Shown in pieces: positions 54,525 through 63,848 of a DNA stretch of 64,000 nucleotides. A model generated the notes under the pieces. That model made no database searches. It was not told the DNA's origin and saw only the letters and a program-made list of their open reading frames with translations. Location: the NCBI GenBank assembly GCA_016874135.1, contig VGVE01000006.1, forward strand, positions 1,085 to 65,084, written 5' to 3'. Positions within the stretch are counted from its first letter, which is position 1. Each line of letters starts with the position of its first letter. Both the position numbers and the translations under genes were made by a program. Source of the DNA: Gammaproteobacteria bacterium. Its GTDB lineage: Bacteria > Pseudomonadota > Gammaproteobacteria > Pseudomonadales > Azotimanducaceae.

Positions 54525-55601
54525 GTGAGTACGCTTTTTTCGCCACTTGCCTTTCCGCGTGGCCCGGCCATGAAAAACCGGTTCATGCTGGCACCACTGA
54601 CCAACCTCCAGAGCCATGCGGACGGTCGATTGTCCGATGCAGAGCATCATTGGCTCGCGATGCGGGCGAAGGGCGGTTTCGGTTCCACCATGACCTGTGC
54701 GGCCCACGTGCAGGCTGTCGGGCAGGGATTCCCCGGGCAATTGGGTGTGTTTGGTGAACAGCACCTTGCTCCGCTCAAACCACTGGCGCACACGATAAAC
54801 AGCGCCAACAGCGTTTCGATCGTGCAGCTACACCATGCGGGTAACCGGTCACCCAAGGACTTGATCGGCACTGACCCGGTATGTCCGTCGGATGATCCGG
54901 CAACGGGCGCACGCGCTCTGACTGAAACCGAAGTGCATGCACTCATCGCCGACTTCATCGCCGCAGCGAAGCGGGTTGAAGAAGCTGGCTTCCATGGTAT
55001 CGAGCTGCACGGTGCGCACGGTTACATCCTTTGCCAGTTCCTCAGCAGCGAAATCAACCAGCGCACCGATGACTTCGGCGGATCATGGGGAAATCGCAGC
55101 CGCATCCTGTTCGACATCATCCGCGGCATACGGAAAGTCTGCCGTCCTGATTTCATCGTTGGCGTGCGTTTGTCGCCGGAGCGGTTTGGCATGCGGCTCG
55201 CGGAGATCCGCGAGCTTTCCCAGCAGCTCATCGACACCGGTGCGGTGGATTTTCTCGACCTGTCCCTGTGGGATACGTTCAAACTTCCGGAAGAGCCGGA
55301 CTTCAAGTCCAAACCGCTCATCAGCTGGTTTGCTGACCTGGATCGCAAAGGGGTACCAGTGGGCGTAGCCGGCAAAATTCATGACCCTGCGGATGCGGAG
55401 CGTGCGCTCGACATGGGCGCAGACTTTGTATTACTCGGTCGTGTGGCCATTCTGCATCACGACTATCCGGTAAAGTTCGTTGCGGATCGGCAATTCAAAC
55501 CCGTGCGCCCGCCTGTTACCCGCGCCTGGCTTGCAACCGAAGGACTGAGCCCGCCCTTCATCAGCTATATGGCCAGCTGGAAAGGATTTGTCGCGGACTG
55601 A
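54525..55601 (+). CDS. Old Yellow Enzyme-family NADH:flavin oxidoreductase
   Basis: GTG at 54525 follows GGGAG. LFSPLAFPRGPAMKNRFMLAPLTN..., GFHGIELHGAHGYILCQFLS and DFVLLGR. Confidence 0.8.
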   Translation: MSTLFSPLAFPRGPAMKNRFMLAPLTNLQSHADGRLSDAEHHWLAMRAKGGFGSTMTCAAHVQAVGQGFPGQLGVFGEQHLAPLKPLAHTINSANSVSIVQLHHAGNRSPKDLIGTDPVCPSDDPATGARALTETEVHALIADFIAAAKRVEEAGFHGIELHGAHGYILCQFLSSEINQRTDDFGGSWGNRSRILFDIIRGIRKVCRPDFIVGVRLSPERFGMRLAEIRELSQQLIDTGAVDFLDLSLWDTFKLPEEPDFKSKPLISWFADLDRKGVPVGVAGKIHDPADAERALDMGADFVLLGRVAILHHDYPVKFVADRQFKPVRPPVTRAWLATEGLSPPFISYMASWKGFVAD

Positions 55602-55635
55602 CAGAAGGCGCTGCGAAGGACAGGTTTGCGTTTGA

Positions 55636-56412
55636 TTACAGGGCGTCCAGCGCCACGAGCATGCTTTTCAATGCGAAGTGTCGATGACTGTCGAGGGTGA
55701 GTTGTCCCACTTCCTCGGCATTAAAACCTTCCTCGGCGTTCAAGCCGATCCAGCCGTTGTGGCCCATGTAGGCCGGAATCGAGGAGCGCTTGTCCATGAT
55801 CAGCACGTCCTGGCGATCTACGCCAACCCAGAACCCGAGGGTCAGTGTGCCGTCGTAACGCCAGGCTTGCGCGAAGGTCTTTTTGCCGGCTCGCCAGACC
55901 GGATTACCGAAGGCTGTGGATTCTTCGGTTTCCGGCAGCGCCAGACAGAAGCGCCGCAGGTGAGCGATGACCTTTTTGACGTGGGGAAGGCCGAAGGAAT
56001 CAGCTCGTTCCGAAGCAACCCGTTTGGAAACGCCGGTGATATTTGGAACCGGTGGCGGGCGATCTCCTTTCAAGCGCGGTGGTGCACACCAGACCCAGGC
56101 TTCCTGGATGCGTTCGCCGATGGTTCGCCAGCGCATGCCTTTGTTCAGATGAATGCCCACCCAGCCGCAGCTGCCGACGTAAGGCGGCACAAAGTAGAAC
56201 TCGGGTTCCATATCCACGTGATACGCCTGTGCACCTGGGCCCATCGCGAGCCAGAGGGCGATGTTGCCGTCGCCATGGTGGTTGACTGAAAACGTCGCAA
56301 ACGTCTTGCCGGCCACCTTGAAGTTTTGCGAGCCATGCGCGACCACCTCCGTAGTTTCCGGCAGGTAGAGGGTGAGTTCGCGTACTGCATCATCAATGGT
56401 GCGGGTCGTCAT
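55636..56412 (-). CDS. Tandem double MmcQ/YjbR-domain protein
   Basis: 258 aa with two copies of the YjbR pattern. Copy 1: LPETTEVVAHGSQNFKVAGKTFATF...PPYVGSCGWVGIHL. Copy 2: LPETEESTAFGNPVWRAGKKTFAQA...PAYMGHNGWIGLNA. Confidence 0.65.
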   Translation of the reverse strand: MTTRTIDDAVRELTLYLPETTEVVAHGSQNFKVAGKTFATFSVNHHGDGNIALWLAMGPGAQAYHVDMEPEFYFVPPYVGSCGWVGIHLNKGMRWRTIGERIQEAWVWCAPPRLKGDRPPPVPNITGVSKRVASERADSFGLPHVKKVIAHLRRFCLALPETEESTAFGNPVWRAGKKTFAQAWRYDGTLTLGFWVGVDRQDVLIMDKRSSIPAYMGHNGWIGLNAEEGFNAEEVGQLTLDSHRHFALKSMLVALDAL

Positions 56413-56560
56413 TCTGCTCTACGCTGATTTCCCGATAGCGGTAGTGCAAGACTACCTCGCCCATGGTGGCGCGGGCCACTTGCCGAAACACAGCTGCCAC
56501 GTGCGAAATCGCGTAGTCTTCGTGACAACAAATCACCTCAGTACTCCGGAGACATTGACC

Positions 56561-57466
56561 ATGCGAATTGGCCTGATGATTGGCGCAGATGGTACCCGCG
56601 CCACCCTCGATGACACCGTTGCTCGCGCGAAGGCGGCGGAGGCTGCCGGCTTCGATAACGTCTGGCTTGCCAATATCTTCTCGTTTGATGCGATCTCGAC
56701 GCTTGCCATCATCGGCCGCGAGACTTCGCGCATCGGTCTTGGCACCGCCGTAACACCCACGTATCCACGCCATCCCACGGCCATCGCCCAACAGGCCATG
56801 ACCACGCAAGCAGCCAGTCGTGGTCGCTTCACCTTGGGCGTTGGCCTTTCCCACAAGGTCGTGATTGAAGACATGCTGGGTCTTTCTTATGCACAACCGG
56901 CGAAGCACATGCGCGAGTACCTCAAGGTACTGATGCCGCTGGTATGTGGGGAGACCTGTCACTTCGATGGTGAACAGTACCGGGTACATGGCGTAACCCT
57001 AGATATCCAGGGCGGCAACAATCTACCCGTGGTGATTGCAGCGCTTGGACCCACGATGCTGAAACTCGCTGCGGAACTCTGTGATGGCACGAATACCTGG
57101 ATGGTGGGGCCGCGGACCATGGAGAAGCACATCATCAAGTCGTTGCGCGACGGCGGTCTCTCGTCACCACGCGTGGTGGGTGGCTATCCGGTGTTGCTGA
57201 CCCACAAGCCTGATGAAGCCCGCAAGGAGCTCGGCAAAATGCTGACGATCTACGGCCAGCTGCCGAGCTATCGCGGCATGCTCGACCGTGAAGGTCTGCG
57301 CAATCCCGAGGATGTCGCCATTCTCGGCGACGAAAATCTCCTGCGTGGTGAGATCCGGCGGTTGGCCGACATGGGTGTGACTGACTTTAACGCGGCCGTA
57401 ATGTCGAGCGACCCGGCGGCGTATACACGAACGGTCGAGTTCCTCGCCGGCATCGCCAGCCGTTGA
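56561..57466 (+). CDS. LLM-class (luciferase-like) oxidoreductase, probably F420-dependent
   Basis: Start at the ATG at 56561. MRIGLMIGADG...AAGFDNVWLANIFSFDA...GTAVTPTYPRHP...GVGLSHK resembles the F420-dependent LLM subfamily as I remember it. Confidence 0.65.
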   Translation: MRIGLMIGADGTRATLDDTVARAKAAEAAGFDNVWLANIFSFDAISTLAIIGRETSRIGLGTAVTPTYPRHPTAIAQQAMTTQAASRGRFTLGVGLSHKVVIEDMLGLSYAQPAKHMREYLKVLMPLVCGETCHFDGEQYRVHGVTLDIQGGNNLPVVIAALGPTMLKLAAELCDGTNTWMVGPRTMEKHIIKSLRDGGLSSPRVVGGYPVLLTHKPDEARKELGKMLTIYGQLPSYRGMLDREGLRNPEDVAILGDENLLRGEIRRLADMGVTDFNAAVMSSDPAAYTRTVEFLAGIASR

Positions 57467-57481
57467 TCTGCAGGGAGCGAT

Positions 57482-58240
57482 ATGAGCCAACAGATGCGCA
57501 ATCTCGAAGGAAAAGTCGCCTGGATCACAGGTGCGGGTGCAGGTATCGGAGAAGCCGCAGCCAAGAGTCTCGCGGCGGCCGGCATGAAGGTGATTTTGTC
57601 CGGGCGTACTGCGGACAAACTCGCCGGTGTGGCGCGGGCCACCGGTGGCGACGTGTTGCCGCTCGATGTTGCTGACAAAGCTGCGGTTGTGGCCACCGTA
57701 GACAGCATCATTGCCCGTCATGGTCGCATCGATGTACTCGTCTCCAGTGCGGGCATGAACGTCAAGAACCGTAATTGGAAGTACTTGACCATGGAAGACT
57801 GGGACAAGGTCATCCGCATCGATCTCGATGGTGCGTTCTACTGCGCGAAGGCGGTTTTGCCACACATGATCCGGCAGGAAGATGGTCTGATCATCAACAT
57901 CTCGTCGTGGGCTGGAAAATACGTGGGTGCCGTTACCGGGCCAGCTTATTCGGCGGCCAAGTTTGCAATGAATGCAATGAACGAGAGTCTCAATCTCGAG
58001 GCCGGTCAGTATGGCGTGCGCGCCTGTGCAATGTGCCCAGGTGAAGTGGCCACATCCATTCTCGACAGTCGACCGAATCCGCCGAGTGCGGAAGAGCGCA
58101 AACGTATGGTTCAGCCTGAGGACTGCGGTGAGACGATCCGCTTCCTCGCTGCACTGCCGAAACACGTCTGCATCAACGAGCTGACCATTTCACCCACATG
58201 GAACCGGGATTATGTGGCACAGGCGAGAGCCATCCCCTGA
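57482..58240 (+). CDS. Short-chain dehydrogenase/reductase (SDR)
   Basis: 252 aa. VAWITGAGAGIGEA and YSAAK (YxxxK). Confidence 0.85.
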   Translation: MSQQMRNLEGKVAWITGAGAGIGEAAAKSLAAAGMKVILSGRTADKLAGVARATGGDVLPLDVADKAAVVATVDSIIARHGRIDVLVSSAGMNVKNRNWKYLTMEDWDKVIRIDLDGAFYCAKAVLPHMIRQEDGLIINISSWAGKYVGAVTGPAYSAAKFAMNAMNESLNLEAGQYGVRACAMCPGEVATSILDSRPNPPSAEERKRMVQPEDCGETIRFLAALPKHVCINELTISPTWNRDYVAQARAIP

Positions 58241-58276
58241 TGCATCTCCCGCAGACGGTCAGTTTCCGCGGCGGGG

Positions 58277-58729
58277 CTACTTGCCGCGGATCTCATTCTT
58301 GAGGAATTCCGCCTGTTCCTTCGGAATCGCCACGAACGCGTTGAGGCTGCAGGTTGCACTGATGCGATCGACGTAGAAACGACGCGTTTCAATTGCCGTC
58401 ACGGTGTCGAGATTGCAGACCCGGTTGGTGGTGAGGTCGAGTTGCAGTACTGCACGTTTACGAAGTCCGGGGCACTCGTTACGCAGGGTGTTGAGCCAGT
58501 ACTTGCCGCCGCGACCTTCAAACAGGAGGTGTTTTTTGTCGAGCACCTCGATACGGGTGTACTCGGACGTTTGCAGACAACGTTCGGGTTTGCCGTAGTC
58601 CGTTGCGCTGAGCGATGAGGCCAGCACTTCTTCCACCGTGGGTGGTGGGGTTTTGGCGGTTTCGCCCTTGATGCCACAGGCTGCAAGCAGCAGCGTTGTG
58701 ACCAACAAACCCGGTCGCAGAATTTTCAT
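58277..58729 (-). CDS. Lipoprotein of unknown function (DUF6491-like)
   Basis: 150 aa. Lipobox LLVTTLLLAACG, with conserved-looking Cys residues (ERC..., NEC..., RVC..., ATC). Confidence 0.5.
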   Translation of the reverse strand: MKILRPGLLVTTLLLAACGIKGETAKTPPPTVEEVLASSLSATDYGKPERCLQTSEYTRIEVLDKKHLLFEGRGGKYWLNTLRNECPGLRKRAVLQLDLTTNRVCNLDTVTAIETRRFYVDRISATCSLNAFVAIPKEQAEFLKNEIRGK

Positions 58730-58797
58730 ACAGCCTCCTGTTGCAGGTGGTGTGACCGATTCTGAACCTACACATGAACGCAGACTAAACCGCAGGG

Positions 58798-59331
58798 TTA
58801 ATTCGAGTTGCGGTAGCGTTCAATGCCTTCAACGATCTTCTGTTTGGCGATGTCGGCACCGACCCACCGCTCCACCTTCACCCATTTGTTGGGTTCGAGG
58901 TCTTTGTAGTGGGCGAAAAAATACTCCACCTGCTGCAGGCTGATGTCCGGCAGATCGCTGAAGTTCTCGATCTTCTCATAGCGCCGGGTGAGTCGTGAGG
59001 AAGGCATCGCGATGATCTTCTCGTCACCACCCGCCTCGTCTTTCATCATGAGCACACCGATGGGTCGGCAGGACATGAAGGCACCCGGCGTGATGGCGCG
59101 TGTATTTACGACAAGTACATCCACCGGATCGCCGTCGTCAGAGAGAGAGTGTGGGATGAAACCATAATTACCGGGATAACGCATCGAGGTGTACAGACTC
59201 CGGTCCACGAACAGGGCGCCGGACTCTTTGTGCATTTCGTATTTTATGGGTTCTCCACCCACCGGGACTTCGATGATGACGTTGATGTCTTCTGGCGGGT
59301 TCTTGCCGGTCGGTATGGCGTCGATGTTCAT
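58798..59331 (-). CDS. ppa: Inorganic pyrophosphatase (family I)
   Basis: 177 aa. [40 protein letters not shown] and DEKIIAMP. Confidence 0.95.
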   Translation of the reverse strand: MNIDAIPTGKNPPEDINVIIEVPVGGEPIKYEMHKESGALFVDRSLYTSMRYPGNYGFIPHSLSDDGDPVDVLVVNTRAITPGAFMSCRPIGVLMMKDEAGGDEKIIAMPSSRLTRRYEKIENFSDLPDISLQQVEYFFAHYKDLEPNKWVKVERWVGADIAKQKIVEGIERYRNSN

Positions 59332-59336
59332 GGGCT

Positions 59337-60284
59337 TCAGTTCTTCTTGCGTCGCGGTGTGGGATTGAGTGCATCGATTTCCGGTACCAGGTGTTCGATC
59401 ATCAGTCGGGTCTGGTTCAGCATGTCCGCTGTTCCGGAAGCGATAGGACGGAGGATGAACTTGCGTACTCCCGCATCCAGGAATTCGCGGGCCAGTCGCA
59501 TCATCTCGGCGGTATCGCCTACTGCGGTAAAGCCGGTTGCCGCTTTGCCGAGGCGTGCAGTCAGCAGCTGGTTGTAACGGGTCACGATGGGTTCATCGGC
59601 GGATCCGAAGCGGAAGCCAAAGCCTGCTCCGAAGTGATCCGGGTCCATCGGTCGGCCCAGTTCTTCTGCACGTGTCTTGATGGCTGCGATGACCGGGCGC
59701 ACGTCATCCGCATTTTCAATGCCAGCCTGCCAGCCTGTACCCCAGCGTACGGTCCGTTCGATGGCTTGCTCTGCGCTACCACCCACCCAGAGGGGCATGG
59801 GCTTCTGTGCGGGTTTGGGAGCGATGGTGGCATCGGTCAGCTGGTAGTGTTTGCCAGCATAGGTGACCTTGTCTTCGGTCCAGAGGCGAGTGAGGATTTC
59901 GAGGCCTTCCGCAGCCCGTTCACCTCGCCCCCGGGTGGGTGTGCCGGTGGCCACATAGTCTTTTGATACGGCGCTGCCGACACCGAACGCTGGCAACAAT
60001 CGCCCCTCGGAAAGTACGTCGATGGTGGCGCAGGCTTTGGCCATGATCACAGGATCACGCAGCCCAAGGCTTGCCACATTCATGCCGAACTTCACTTTCT
60101 TGGTACGTCCGGCGAGAGCGGCCATGACGCTCATGCACTCGAGATTGTCATCGGCGCCAATGATCCGATCACTTTGCCAGATCGAATCCACACCGCCGCT
60201 GTCGCACAGATCCACCCATTGCCAGAAGCCGCGCGCGTCATCAAACGTGAAGTTGGCTATGCCGATGCCGGCACCGATGCTCAT
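59337..60284 (-). CDS. LLM-class flavin/deazaflavin-dependent oxidoreductase
   Basis: 315 aa. ...[11 protein letters not shown]..., [23 protein letters not shown] and PLWVGG are luciferase-like monooxygenase family blocks. The cofactor (FMN or F420) cannot be decided by eye. Confidence 0.65.
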   Translation of the reverse strand: MSIGAGIGIANFTFDDARGFWQWVDLCDSGGVDSIWQSDRIIGADDNLECMSVMAALAGRTKKVKFGMNVASLGLRDPVIMAKACATIDVLSEGRLLPAFGVGSAVSKDYVATGTPTRGRGERAAEGLEILTRLWTEDKVTYAGKHYQLTDATIAPKPAQKPMPLWVGGSAEQAIERTVRWGTGWQAGIENADDVRPVIAAIKTRAEELGRPMDPDHFGAGFGFRFGSADEPIVTRYNQLLTARLGKAATGFTAVGDTAEMMRLAREFLDAGVRKFILRPIASGTADMLNQTRLMIEHLVPEIDALNPTPRRKKN

Positions 60285-60392
60285 GGTGTTCGAGTACTCC
60301 GCAGGTCAAGAGATCAACGGCGAATGCTCGCGTGATCGCCACCGGGATACAAGGACGCAGTTCGCCTCTTGCAGTTAAGCGCCTGGGCCGAT

Positions 60393-61229
60393 TTACGCAC
60401 GCACTCGTGCCGGGTCGTACGCATCACGCAAGCGGTCGCCGAGCAGATTCAGACTCCACACCGTGATTGCCAGGAACGTTGCGGGAAAGAGCAGGGTCCA
60501 GGGAGCGGACTCCATGGTTGTCGTGCCGTCGGCGATCAATACACCCCAGCTGGCATCCGGTTCCTGCACGCCGAGACCGAGAAAGCTGAGAAAACTCTCG
60601 GCGAGGATGATTCCCGGCACGGTCAGCGTCGCATACACCAGCGCAGGACCCGCAACGTTCGGAAGGATGTGGCGAAACACGATCCAGGGCGTGGTTGCAC
60701 CGAGAGCGCGAGCCGCGAGGATGAAGTTGGCGTTGCGTATCCGAAGCGTCTGACCGCGAACGATGCGGGCAATGTCCAGCCAATACACAGCGCCGAGGCC
60801 CGCGAAGAGCGCCCACGTGTTACGCCCCACAACGACCACGATAAGGATCACGACGAGCACGAAGGGCAGGGCATAGAGCGTATCCACGAGACGCATCATC
60901 AGTTGATCGGTGCGACCCCCGATGTAACCGGCGATGGCACCATACGGTACACCAATCAGCACGCTGATCCCGGTTGCGAGCAAGGCGATGGACAAGGATA
61001 ACCGACCGCCTTCAGCGATTCGGGTGAAGAGGTCGCGACCAACTAGGTCTGTGCCGAACCAGTGTCGATCATCGGGCGGCGTTTCAAGCGATTCCCAGTC
61101 CACGTCTTCTGCATTGAAGCCGGAAACCGACGTACTGGTCAGCGTCAACAGAACGATGCAAAGCAGCAGCACGGAAGCCGCCATCGCCACTGCGGAACCA
61201 CAACAAATCTGTTTGAGACGGCGGCTCAC
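60393..61229 (-). CDS. ABC transporter permease (OppC/DppC type)
   Basis: 278 aa. ...WFGTDLVGRDLFTRI... with the typical permease core. Confidence 0.85.
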   Translation of the reverse strand: MSRRLKQICCGSAVAMAASVLLLCIVLLTLTSTSVSGFNAEDVDWESLETPPDDRHWFGTDLVGRDLFTRIAEGGRLSLSIALLATGISVLIGVPYGAIAGYIGGRTDQLMMRLVDTLYALPFVLVVILIVVVVGRNTWALFAGLGAVYWLDIARIVRGQTLRIRNANFILAARALGATTPWIVFRHILPNVAGPALVYATLTVPGIILAESFLSFLGLGVQEPDASWGVLIADGTTTMESAPWTLLFPATFLAITVWSLNLLGDRLRDAYDPARVRA

Positions 61230-62137
61230 GCCAATGCCCTGATGCGTGGATCGAGCACGCGGTAGGTGAGGTCAGCGAGAAAGTTGAAGATCAGGATCAT
61301 GCCGGCGTAAACCACCGCAACCCCCATCACCAGCGTGTAGTCGCGGTTGAGTGCCGCCTGAACGAAATAGCGGCCAATACCAGGCAGATCAAAAACCGTT
61401 TCCACCACCACGGTTCCGGTCAATAGACCCGCGGCGAGTGGACCGAGATAGGAAACCACCGGCAGTGCCGCTAATGGCATGACGTGCCGCCAGAGGATCC
61501 TGAGCTCCGGTAGACCTTTGCTGCGCGCGGTGAGCACGTGAGGTTCTAGCAGACTCTCCGCGACAGCACCACGGACCAGCCGTGCAATCGCTGCAGCGTA
61601 AGGCAGTGCTGCAGTCACGCAGGGCATGATGTAGTGCGCGGGGCTGCCGATTCCGGAAGCGGGCAACCATTGCAGCAGGATCGCAAACACCAGCACCGCC
61701 ACAGGCGCGGCGATGATGCCGGGAATCGCCAGACCGAGGCTCACCACACTCATGATGAGGCCGTCGATCATGCCACCTGGATGGCGTGCCGCTGTGGTCC
61801 CGGCGATGACGCCGATGAAGAGTGCGATGATGAGCGCGAGCACACCAATCGTAAGGCTGACGGGTAGCCCTTCGGCGATGAGGTCGTTCACTGAAAAGTC
61901 TTTCTGGCTGAACGACGGCCCGAGATCTCCCTCCAGGAGATTGCCGAGCCAACGCAAATACTGCCGTGGTACGGGTTCATCGAGGTGATAAGCCGCCCGC
62001 AGGTTGGCTTCGATTTCTGGTGGCAGCGCGCGTTCACCATCAAATGGACCACCGGGTGCCAGACGCAACAGGCCGAAGATCAATGTAACGATGGCGAGAA
62101 AGGTGACGGCGAGAACACTCAGGCGCCGCAGAATCAT
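61226..62137 (-). CDS. ABC transporter permease (OppB/DppB type)
   Basis: 303 aa. MILRRLSVLAVTFLAIVTLIFGLLRLAPGGPF and ARSKGLPE. Confidence 0.85.
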   Translation of the reverse strand: MILRRLSVLAVTFLAIVTLIFGLLRLAPGGPFDGERALPPEIEANLRAAYHLDEPVPRQYLRWLGNLLEGDLGPSFSQKDFSVNDLIAEGLPVSLTIGVLALIIALFIGVIAGTTAARHPGGMIDGLIMSVVSLGLAIPGIIAAPVAVLVFAILLQWLPASGIGSPAHYIMPCVTAALPYAAAIARLVRGAVAESLLEPHVLTARSKGLPELRILWRHVMPLAALPVVSYLGPLAAGLLTGTVVVETVFDLPGIGRYFVQAALNRDYTLVMGVAVVYAGMILIFNFLADLTYRVLDPRIRALA

Positions 62138-62146
62138 CGTGTCAGA

Positions 62147-63715
62147 TCAGCGAACCAGGAAGCGCGCTGGATGAGCATCGCGCGGGTTGTCGTGCCAGCC
62201 ACGCAGCTCGGCGCGTACAAGCCGCCTTGATGTCAACGCGAAGAGCGGCATCACGGGATAGTGTTTCATCGCCGCAGTTTCTGCTTCAGCGAGCAGGCGG
62301 TGGCGCGCCGCGATGTCCTTCTGGCGGCGTGCGTCGTCGATCAGGGCATCCACAGCTTGATCAGCAAAGGCCCCATAGTTGGTATCTCCAGCGCGGCTAT
62401 GCAGCAGGCCAAGGTAGTGCTCCGGATTGCTTTCTCCCAGCCATCCGGCCTGGGCCACATCAAAGTTGCCTTGGCGCAGGTCGGCGTAATGTACCTTCAG
62501 TTCGGACTGGTGAAGTTCCACCCGTACCCCGATCTGTTGCCAGAATGCGGCGGTTGCAAGATTGGCGCGTTTGGCGTCGGTACCTGTGGCATAACGCAGA
62601 GTCAGCTCGAGGGGATTCGCAGGACCAAAACCTGCGCTTGTGAGCAGCGCTCGGGCGCGGCGCTGGCGATCACCAAGCGGTTGTCCCGCATGTGACAAAG
62701 CCGGGTGCGTGTAATCCGCAACCATGGGTGGAACGAATGAACCCACCGGGATGTCTCCCGACTTCATGACCTTGTCAGTGAGTGTCGCCGGCTCGACCAC
62801 GATGGCAAGCGCTTCTCGCACTCTGGGGTCGCTGAATGGCGCTTTTCGGGTATTGAATACGAGGTAGATCATCGAGAGCTGCGGGGCGAGGTGCAGTTCG
62901 GCGGCGCGCTCCGTTCGGATCGTTGCCAGTTCGTTGGCGGGAAATGCCGCGATGGCATCGAGGGTGCCGGCGCGGAAGCGATTCCAGGCGTTCTGCGTAT
63001 TGGCGGCTGGATAGTGAAACACCTGGAGGGCAGCAGGTTTCGGCTCAAAGTGGGGATTGCGCGCGAGCTCCAGGTGCTGCTGGGGTTTCCAGTCACGCAG
63101 CAGATAGGCGCCGTTGGACACCCAGTTCTGCGGCTTCACCCAGGCATCGCCAACCTTGTCGATGACATGTGCAGGAACCGGATAGGCGGTGGGGTAGAGA
63201 AGCCGCTCTGGCAGATGGGGATAGGGCAAAGCGAGGGTGAGCTCCAGAGCCAGATCATCTACGGCACGAACGCCGAGCTCATCCACCTTGAGTTGGCCGT
63301 TGGCGATCGCTTCAGCGTTACGCAGCGGATACATGAAGTAGGCAAGGCTCGCCGCAGTTTCCGGATTGATCAGGCGCCGAAATGAATAGACGAAGTCCTT
63401 GGCGGTCACGGCCTTGCCGTCGGACCAGCGGCCTTTGGGGTCCAGATAGAACGTCCAGGTCAGACCGTCTTCGCTGACGTCCCATTTCAGTGCCGCACCG
63501 GGCATCAGCTTGCCGTCTGCACTGAAGGTTGTCAGGCCAAGAAACAGATCACCGAGGACTGCTTCTTCGATGCGCAGGTTGTAGCGGTGTGGATCAAGCG
63601 TGGCAGGCTCACCGGCCAAACCGAGGTGCAGTACCTTACCGTCCGCAGCTTTGACCAGCGGTGTCATGATGGCGTTACAGAGGAGCAGCGAGAGACAAAG
63701 AAGGCGTGATGACAT
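62147..63715 (-). CDS. ABC transporter substrate-binding protein, family 5 (peptide/opine/nickel type)
   Basis: Start set at the ATG at 63713-63715 (MSSRLLCLSLLLCNAIMTPLVKA signal peptide). ...LTWTFYLDPKGRWSDGKAVTAKDFVYSF... is typical of SBP_bac_5. Confidence 0.8.
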   Translation of the reverse strand: MSSRLLCLSLLLCNAIMTPLVKAADGKVLHLGLAGEPATLDPHRYNLRIEEAVLGDLFLGLTTFSADGKLMPGAALKWDVSEDGLTWTFYLDPKGRWSDGKAVTAKDFVYSFRRLINPETAASLAYFMYPLRNAEAIANGQLKVDELGVRAVDDLALELTLALPYPHLPERLLYPTAYPVPAHVIDKVGDAWVKPQNWVSNGAYLLRDWKPQQHLELARNPHFEPKPAALQVFHYPAANTQNAWNRFRAGTLDAIAAFPANELATIRTERAAELHLAPQLSMIYLVFNTRKAPFSDPRVREALAIVVEPATLTDKVMKSGDIPVGSFVPPMVADYTHPALSHAGQPLGDRQRRARALLTSAGFGPANPLELTLRYATGTDAKRANLATAAFWQQIGVRVELHQSELKVHYADLRQGNFDVAQAGWLGESNPEHYLGLLHSRAGDTNYGAFADQAVDALIDDARRQKDIAARHRLLAEAETAAMKHYPVMPLFALTSRRLVRAELRGWHDNPRDAHPARFLVR

Positions 63716-63848
63716 GGAAGCAGCAGGTCCAATCGATGACGGAACGCACGATAACGGAACGAAGGCGCAAAGCCAGCGCTTTGACGGCGCATCGATCAAC
63801 CCCACAATGCAGGTGGAGTTTTTTCTGGCAGTTCAGAGGTTGTGAGCG

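Noticed and set aside
57164-58165. 333-aa minus-strand ORF
   Set aside because: It is antisense to the LLM and SDR genes, which carry clear family motifs. Its composition is not protein-like.
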